Shown here: one piece after another, positions 55,097 through 64,000 of the stretch
Layout: the number at the start of each line of letters is the position of its first letter
Position numbering within the stretch: position 1 is the first letter of the stretch
Assembly (NCBI GenBank): GCA_951406725.2
Contig: OX597814.1
Location: 175,708,001-175,772,000, forward strand
Direction: 5' to 3'
DNA: 64,000 nt
Source: Octopus vulgaris
Lineage: Eukaryota
Notes under the pieces: model-generated
The model's input: the letters and a program-made list of their open reading frames with translations, nothing else
What the model was told of the DNA's origin: nothing
Database searches by the model: none
Program-made: the position numbers and the translations under genes

Positions 55097-56774
55097 TTAA
55101 GGCACACTGCGCCTACTTACTGAATCGGGAAGTGGACGAGTCAATGATACAACGACAACAAGAAACGTTTTAAGGCAAGTCTTCCGCGAAAACAAACTTT
55201 TGCCTTGCGGATCACATATGTGTAATATAGGTCTGACAGAGACTGAATGAAGTTTAAGAAAATATATTGTCCATTGTGCTAGTCGATAGTATGTTGTAAA
55301 TGGTGAGAAAATAGTCATTGTTTAGTATTTCTTAATTTCTCTTTCAATGACATTCATAGCTGAAACAAATTTAAGCCTGCCTCTGATTTAGATACTTCAT
55401 GCGTTATTGTTTCTTGATATAGAACTGATACTGTAATGAAAGAACTTACAACAATTTGTAGTGGCGACGGCGACAATGATAGCGGGGAAATAAATTTACA
55501 CAGAATGTTATGATGGCGTTGTTGTTGTTTAAGTTGTTTTTGTTACCGATAATTGTTATTGCTGTGATGGTAATGAATGTTGTTGATGGTTAGGATGAGG
55601 ATGAAGATGCTGTTACTAGTGAGGATGAGGATGCTGTTAATGATGATGGTGATGATGATGATGATGATGCTGATATTGACAAATGCTCCGACGACTGTAC
55701 TGATATGGATTTCTTACATTGGTATATGTCTACGACGTGACTTTGTCAACGGATTTGTCATTGCTTGGTACTAACACGAGAAAGTTTAGAGTTTTGATGC
55801 CGGTTAAGAGTTTACAAACATTTCAACCGAGATAATAATAATTCACTCATTCGGCCATTCTTATTTTACTGGTATTAAGTAAAGGGGAAGCCCCTAAGTT
55901 TTTGTTCGACCAGCTAGAATTAGCAGCCAAAGTTTTCACACCACACACTACAGCCTTCAATGTAAGGTAGGACACTTAACAATGTGGTTCTAGATATGCT
56001 ATGCCTGAAAGAAATAAAACCAGAGAATGGTTAGATTTTAAACATTTTTTATCATAGGTTTCCTTGATCCAGGTTGACTTTTGGCTTAACAAGAAGAACA
56101 ACGTCTAAATATTTTCATTAATATATTGTGAATAAATTAACTTTACAAGAAAATAATTATTTCGAACGTTTTACGAAGTAAATGTCGTCGTCGTCATCGT
56201 TAGTCTTTGGAGAAGATGGAGATTTTTTCCTTCCATTTCTCTTGCAATAACACATCATGTCATTGGTACTTAAATTTCTCATGTTAATGTTTCATTATTA
56301 TATATGAGAGTGGAGCTATGGACGCAAGCTTGTTAACTCTTCAGCTTGTTTTTTTAGTGTTAGCAACAATATGCTATTAACATTTTTTCCTGCCACTTCT
56401 CTCGGTGGCTTTGTCTTAAATTATCCCCAAAGTGTTAACGACATATCACCAGCAGTTAACTTTCCGTTTTGACCGATGTATGTCGTTTATTTTTCTGAGG
56501 ATACAGTCTTGTTAACTCTTTAGCTTGTTATTCAGTTCTGCAACGGTATCCAAATTTGTAGCCCCAGTTCCCTAGACCTATTGGATTTGTCAAGTTTATA
56601 AACAGACAGGGTGCTTGCTATCTGAGATTAATCAATGAAATGTCGACGATTCTGATAGGAACCCAATAGGGTTCGTAAATCGATTAAAGCTGGTCTTCAT
56701 TTTTCAATCAACGGAGAAATAGTTAAATTTACCCCGATTATATATCCACACACACACATATATATATACATACT

Positions 56775-56995
56775 AAATAGTATCAAATTGCCATATCACG
56801 GCCGTGTCTAACCAGTCGCTATGCTTGACCGCTAAGTCCACAAGTTTTTATTCTTTTTGTTTATTTTCTCTTATTCCTTTCTGTTGAAGAGCATACACTC
56901 GAAACGTAAAATACTTTTTCAATTTCCTGAGCGTCAAACTAATACATTTGCTTGTTGTTCACACACCTTTTGTTTTTATGTAAATTTCAACTATG
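56775..56995 (+). mobile_element. Decayed HHR mini-element related to 6133-6330
   Basis: ttt-CTGtTGA-a-GAG-cataca-CTC-GAAAC-GTA-aaa, then tcctgagcgtc.aa.taatac. Confidence 0.55.
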
Positions 56996-59344
56996 TACTA
57001 ACTAACTTACATATATTATTAACACCAAAGTTATAACATCGTTGCTGATATCTTCTTAATGCATTTAATCAAGTTAAAATTATATCTCGAGCCTACAGAC
57101 TTATTAGGCCAGAGCTTATCCCGTTTCCGTAGTGTTTAAGCCACTCATAGTACAAGGTTACCTCCTGGTTAGGGCACCAGTCTATTTCAGTGTTAAAGTT
57201 CTCTTCGAGCTGACGCTGTGATCGCTTTTCAACCCAATGAAGTGCAGCAACATGAAATTAAGTGCCTTGCTAAAGAACATAGTTTCAGTCAGGTCAGAGA
57301 ATTGAACCTACGACTTGACAATCGTGAGTCCTGTATCCAAACCATTACACCACACATCTAACTGTTTACTGTTTTTACTCTTCCCTGCGAAAATGGCATT
57401 GCTATACTGGAGAGTTTACATCTAGAACTTATTGTATATCGATAACCTTACAGCGAAGATTTGTTAGGCGTTTGTGTGAAACATAATTGTTATTCACAAA
57501 TGATCCAAATACGGATTAGCGTCAAATTCGTTACAGCCGCTGGATTAGTTCAGGTTCGTGTTAGTTTTCATAGTCATGTGTTTACGTTTATCATATCTGC
57601 AAATGACGGAAATGATATGTAGTGGATAACGTGCACAAGGAATGATTTCTCAATGCCGCAGAGTTCCCAGTGACGAATTAAATAAGTCTCTCGCTATATA
57701 AATTTACAGATTTATCACAATTTACATAAATGTGTTGATCCAACTCCCACACCATCCTTAACCGCTGTAGTGCTGTTAAGTTTTACGAGTCTTCAAGGAA
57801 ATCGTGTGGTTATTCATTGTAATGTTACGTGAAGTAACTAAAACTATTCACATGAATTTCTCATTAGACTTTCCCCAATTAAATGATGTTTTTATTATTT
57901 GTTGTTTCACAGGAGACAACATGCGGCTGAAAGCGCGAGAAACGGAACTCAGAATTCTTAAGCTAATGTTAAGATTAATGGATTATATAGTTAGTGTAAA
58001 TATATAGCCAAGAATTGTGCTCCACGCAGTTTTAGAAATGTTATATTACATGTTTATTAATACTAAGAAAGAAGGGAAAAAGATTTGGATACATTCAGAA
58101 AGATATAGGGAGATAAAGTGAGAGAAAAAGAGAGTTAATAACAAAGCCAAGAAACAAATTATTGATATAGTGAGAGGTTTTCAGAAAATGTAGCGTAAAG
58201 CAGCAATGTTTCTCATATGAGTAGGAACTGTGAGGATTGTATAGGATGTAGACCAATTGTCATGTACAACATTATGGTGAAGAAAAAAAAGAATAATACA
58301 GATGAACACTGTATTTTGTCTTCTTAATAAAAAAAGTGGAGAAGCAAGACATATTTTGTATAAAGTGAATAAATAAAGTTAGTGTTCGTTGCAGCGAAGT
58401 TAAACAAAATTGAAGCCAAATAATTCTCGAGAATGTTCCAATGCCTGTGAATTACTGGCGAGGGTGTATTTGAAAATCAAAAGAATTGATTTTTTTTTTC
58501 TGAATGCAGTCTCTGATATTGCTCATAAAATGTAAAGATTACAAACTTTAGACAAATATTACATAAAGATGTGTGTAAAAAGTTTTTCCAGCATCTTACA
58601 TCAGATCGATAATAGCTCCAGGTCAATAACAGCTCGAAATCAATTTAATATTTGATACTAACTAGAAAAGCATGTGTGAACCTCACAAATTGTTATACTA
58701 TTGAATAATAAATAATACTACATAGACTCTTGAGATGATGGAGGTTAACACTTTATATACTGAATCCATTATTTAAGTATGTGTTATATTTAAGGTTCAG
58801 TCGTGCGAAATAAAAAAAAACCCACCTTTTTTTACGTGTCTAATTACGTCAGTTATATATTATATTGCTGAAAATCTACTAAAGAAATTTGGTGAGATAA
58901 AAAGAAGTCTTTCAATTTCGTTGAAATACATCTGATATCTAGTCTTGGATTATTTGCACAGCATGTAAAGGGCAGTGAATTGACAGTCGGAGAAAATGCA
59001 TTTCAGTACTTCTGGCTCTTTGCATTCTGAGTTCAAATGCAGCCGAGATCAACTTTGACTTTCATCACTTCTGAGTTGATAAAATGAAGTGCCAAGTACT
59101 CGGACCAATGGTATTGACAAATTCCCCACTTTCAAAATTTCCCTGAGTTTAGTTCCAGAATCGCTCCAGTAGCAAAAGTGATTTAATGTGGCACTTGCTG
59201 TTTAGATCAGTTCCTTCTTGCGGAATAATGGCATATCCTCTGTGCTTTTACCTAAATTAGAAACCCTTATTTGTACAGCATGAGAAAGGCGATACATTGG
59301 CAAATCAGAAAAAAAAATTCTTTGCTATATTTCTTTCGCTACTA

Positions 59345-59765
59345 AGGCAGCAAGCTGCCAGAATCGTTAGAACGCCGCATAAAAATGCTTTGCGGCATTT
59401 CGTCCGTCTTCATGTTCTGAGTTCAATTACTGCCGAGGCCGACTTTGCTTTTCATTGTTTCTGTTGTTCGATCTATACTAATCTACAAGGCTCATTGAAT
59501 TAGTATGTAAATGTTTAGTATTCCACCGACATGTGTGCCCTAAAAATAATTCTCAGCGTGACACAATTTAATGAAATTGAACCTCGGAGTTACTGTTACA
59601 ACTCAGTAACGAGCTTCCCTACAGTTTCCGTCAACTGAATTTCATTCACAAGGGATAGATCAACAGGAAGCTATAGGAAGTAAGTGATGCCTACCCGACA
59701 TGATACACAGTGGGATGGAACCCGAGCCTTGTACTGGCCTTGTGCCAACATTTTAAACCAATATT
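59345..59765 (+). mobile_element. Family B SINE whose centre is replaced by the 276-bp copy
   Basis: Head/body to 59455; tail ctggccttgtgcc resumes at 59734. Confidence 0.8.
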
Positions 59766-60411
59766 TCTTCTGCAACTTTACATTCTGAGTTAATATCGAG
59801 CAGCGATCACCTTCACTTTTCATCCTTTCAGGGTTGGTCAAACAAAATACCAGTCATGTCGTAGATTCGACTGTCACTCTTTCCAAAATTTTATCTCTGC
59901 ATCGACAATAGGATGGATCAATCTTGTACAAACCACTGCGTTTCAATTGATATGTCGCACAGGATTATACTTTGGTTGAATAAAAGTATTGTTCGAGCAC
60001 AGCAAGAATTTCGTTCTCGCTGGATTCTAACTAAAAGTCTTATAGAGACCTGCCAATATCAGAATTATGTTGAAACGGAGAGGAATAATTAGATAGTCAT
60101 ACACAAATGCTTTTTAGATTTATTCATTTAGCATAATTAAATTTTATTCATATCAAGCTGTTGGCGTTTAGTAATAGAAAATTAAGATATAACTATAAGA
60201 GTAGTTCATGACCTTTCTCTGTTTTTTTATATATATTTAATGCAATATCAATTTAATGTGGCTAATTAAATTCTCTGGGCTAATGATTATCTTGCAAAAA
60301 TATCTCAAAGGTATAGTTCAGAGTGCAATTATCTGCTTTATCAAAGAGAAAGAGAGGCATCTTATAAACTACGAACTGATAACTTTTTGTTAAATAGTAA
60401 CCTGCCATTTG

Positions 60412-61560
60412 ACACTAAGTTTAACTGTTATTTAGCCGCGTATAATTAACTTAGAGCATTTAGTTAAGTACAGGTCACCATACTTAATGAGGGGAACTAA
60501 AAAAAACTTTTAATTAGTTGAAATTAAACCCGTAATGAAAAGAAAAATCGTTAATGTTAATGAAAATGTCTCTCAAAAGATACAAGAGAAAGAACTCTAC
60601 CGTTGATAAGTTGGAATTAAACCTAATTAGAAACAAATTCAATTTAACTAAACTCTCTGTTCCTCGTTGATGTGATGGATTTGAACTACATTAAATGTAT
60701 CTGGCGGAGACATCGATACACATTTCTAAGTCACAACCAATTGCTGTTCTGGGACAGTTAAGGGGGTCATAGTTTCATTTGCTCTCCTGAGCAGGATACA
60801 TGAAAGAAAACACTTAAGAGAGATGCGGATTGTTCCTCATGCTCTTTCGACTTTAAAGCCTATTTGTTTCAGTTTGTCATTGATCAAATAGCTTGACTCA
60901 CATTTCAGAAAGAGAAAATAACTCTATAAGGGGAACATCTTCCATAAGTACTGATCTAGAGATACATCCAAGGGAATAACTCAGTTAATAATAGAGTTCA
61001 GTGATATTTCAGTTTTACTTCCTTAATTGGTTAAAAGATCATCACAAAGGCCGTTAACCTTTACAACTAATATATTGTCGTTTATGTTATGCATTAGTTC
61101 CCTCTACGGCAACGTTTATAACAATAGGTTGACATTGCTATATACAAACATCCCAAGGGCGAGATGCGCCTGATTATGTATCGCTATATTTTCATTGGAA
61201 AATATATTGAATTTTAAGCATATATCCGCTCTACAATATTTAGTTCGCGATCTCACTATTTGGGGAGCATATCTTTTGCAATAACAGTTAAATGTTCATC
61301 TTATTATAGCCAAAAGTAGGCTTTTGTATTGAATCCTCGGAACTCTACAAACATTATACCACTAAGTTTAATAGTCATTTAGTGATATATAACCAATTAA
61401 GATCAGTTAGTTTAGTACAAGACACCGTATTTAGTAAACCCCAAATAATTTTAATCAACTGAAATTAAATCCGTAATGAAAAGATAGCGATTAAGAAAAT
61501 TCGTATCAAAAGAGGCCAAGGATAGAAAATCATCGTTGATAAGTTAGAATTGACATAATT
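60412..61560. repeat. Old diverged direct repeat (about 60412-60630 and 61360-61560)
   Basis: Shared blocks cactaagtttaa, gaaattaaa.ccgtaatgaaaaga and cgttgataagtt.gaatt. Confidence 0.7.
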
Positions 61561-61775
61561 ATCTCTATTCCAATATGAACATAATGATCTTTAATATTTA
61601 TCGCAATCAATTATTGATACTTGAGAAAATTTGACTGTGGACTGTTATTGCTATCATCTACAGTTGCTTCCGGAATAAGAGTGGGGGAGAGACAGCTTAC
61701 TGAGAGATGGAAAAGAGGGCGAAGATTCCCTTTGAGGAGAGAGAACTGCTTCAGAGTTCATAAATTTTGCTATTG

Positions 61776-62165
61776 AGTTGGCAGAATCGTTAGGAAGACA
61801 GGCAAAATGCTTAGCGGTATTTCGTCCGCGTTTACGTTCTGAGTTCAAATTCCACCGAGGTCGACTTTGCCTTTCATCCTTTCGGGGTCGATTAAATAAG
61901 TACCAGTTACGCACTGGTGTCGATATACTCGACTTAATCCGTCTGTCTGCCCTTGTTTGTCACCTCTGTGTTTAGCTCATTGTGGGTAGTAAAAGAATTA
62001 GGTATTTCGTCCGCGTTTATGTTCTGAGTTCAAATTCCGCCGAGGTCGACCTTTTATTTCATCCTTTTGGTGTCGATGAAATAAGTACCAGTGAAATACT
62101 GGGTTCATATAATCGACTATCCCCCTCCCCCAAATTTCAGGCCTTGTGCCAATAGCAGAAAGGAT
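61776..62165 (+). mobile_element. Family B SINE, dimeric body
   Basis: Junction aagaattag|gtatttcgtc at about 62001. Confidence 0.88.
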
Positions 62166-63049
62166 TATTATTATTTCTGTTATTAGTATTTTTACGAAAG
62201 GTCTTTTCTTATGAGAAATATAATCCCATAATATATTGTCTGTCCCATATAATCCATTTTCCTTTTCTTTCTGTTGGGAACAAATTTGATAGGTAGTCAT
62301 ACACCAAATTAAACTCTTACTGGGTATTTCATTATCTCCTCCTATTCCCGTTTGCATAATCGTCTTTCCTTCTTATGTGCAAAATTCAAACATGAAGAAA
62401 TACACAGAAGATGTGAACTTTGCTGCCGAGGTCAGTCACATGGGTTTTGCTTAAAAAGAAAACAAAGTTAATAGAAGTCTTGGAAGTGTCTATGACATTT
62501 GTAGGCCCCGTCAGTATGGTGTGATTGATACGGAAATTACCTAACCCGAATAGTTGCTGGCAAAGAAAACGTAATGGCGAAAAAGCCGGAAATCTGGCTC
62601 GAATGTTTATAACTGAATAAATCGTATTCAAGCGCTAAGTTCAACTTCACTCTAAGCGTTTCATAGCGATTCTAGACGTTTTATAAACTTAATTCTGTAT
62701 ACATCAGGTCATTTATCCATCAGATGTAGATAACTATTTTTTCGAGGGAATGGTACTTGTAATAGACTGGCGCCCTAACCAGGAGAGATTTATTTCTCAT
62801 TAACTTGAAACAAATTTAGGTGAAAATAAGCGCTCGTCTGCATGAATGGCTCTGTTCTTAAGAGGTGTCTGCATGAGTGATTTTCTTCTTTAGAGACCAG
62901 AATTACAGTGACGATATTTCTAAGTAATGTTTCAAGTTTGGTCGTCTTAGATACGAAACCACTTTTCTCTATATTTACTTAGATAACGCCCTGCAGAGAA
63001 AAATCAGAAACATTGCATTATCTATCTCATCATCCATAAATCTAATTCT

Positions 63050-63350
63050 CTTAATTTGCTTTCCTCTACTTTTCTTTCTTTCTGCATTTCTTTCTTTCTG
63101 CTTTCTTTCTGTCTTTCTTTCTTTTTTTCTTTATTCATATCCTCCGCTCTTTTTTTTTCTTACCAGCATGCCTTTTTTTAATCATCTTTATCAAATACCT
63201 CATTATCATCATTGTCATATTTCTCCTCCTCCTTTTCCTGTTTTTCCCCCACCACCATCCTCCTCCACTACTACCACTTCATCATCATCATCATCATCAT
63301 CTTTGTCGCCTTCTTTTTCTTTATCTTCATCAATCTTTCTTCATTATATT
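63050..63350. repeat. Pyrimidine-rich low-complexity tract ((TTTC), (CAT), (CCT))
   Basis: Direct reading. Confidence 0.85.
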
Positions 63351-63576
63351 TGATTCTATAAGGATGAAATACAAGGGCGTCAGTGACGCGATTCAAACTT
63401 AAGATGTAATAAAATTATTCTAATAACGATGGCATTTAACATAGTTACAACGTCAGAAATTGGAAGGAAGGGACAGACAATTACACCGCTCCCGCCTATA
63501 CTTATCTGGTACTTATGTTATCGATACCAGAGAGATAAAAGACAGAAACTGGCTGAAGTCAGAAAACAATGAGATA

Positions 63577-63951
63577 TTCTCTTTAACTCTCTTTTACTTG
63601 TTTCAGTCATTTGACTGTGGCCATGCTGGAGCACCGCCTTTAGTCGAGCATATCGACCCCAGGACTTATTCTTTGTAAGCCTAGTACTTATTCTATCGTT
63701 CCTTTTTTGCCGAACCACTAAGTTACTGGGCCGTAAACACACCAACATCGGTTGTCAAGCGATGTTGGGGGGACAAACATAAACACACAACCCCCCTACA
63801 CACACATATATAGATATATATACATATACATATATGCGATGACGAGATTCTTTCAGTTTCCGTCTACCAAATTCACTCACAAGGCTTTGGTCGGCCCGAG
63901 GCTATAGTAGAAGAAACTTGCCCAAGGTGCCACGCAGTGGGACTGAACCCA
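63577..63951 (-). mobile_element. Family A SINE, head truncated
   Basis: Matches 13369-13730. Confidence 0.9.
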
Positions 63952-64000
63952 GATCGAAGGACTGTAGTAACAATTCTGATATCCACCACCCTAACAACAA

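Noticed and set aside
57890-58007. Possible host exon after ttgttgtttcacag
   Set aside because: The acceptor looks plausible but there is no convincing donor or protein similarity; needs RNA-seq
62392-62436. Possible short first exon MKKYTEDVNFAAE|gtcagt
   Set aside because: Too short to distinguish from chance without transcript data

Overview
This is AT-rich, microsatellite-dense animal genomic DNA. The SINE families look like those of octopus/coleoid cephalopods (inference from repeat content). No host protein-coding exon can be supported, and most long ORFs are translations of microsatellites. The window is a nest of mobile-element remnants. These include several tRNA-derived SINE families, a young 5'-truncated CR1-group LINE, RTE and older CR1/L2-group LINE relics, two R4/Dong-type RLE LINEs sitting in (TAA)n, Tc1/mariner relics and MITEs, Helitron-like ends, and a Penelope-like element (PLE). 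Bases 1-5256 are repeated almost exactly at 6580-11884 across a 100-N gap, probably an assembly/haplotype duplication. The most notable signal is a set of seven loci with hammerhead-ribozyme (HHR)-like cores. They include a near-perfect hairpin carrying two opposed HHRs, short HHR mini-elements in (TA)n, and a PLE whose 3' region is a tRNA-like Pol III module + (AAT)n + HHR. Other signals are SINE multimers sharing one palindromic junction, and locally templated insertions into SINEs. All calls were made by eye; no searches or folding programs were run.
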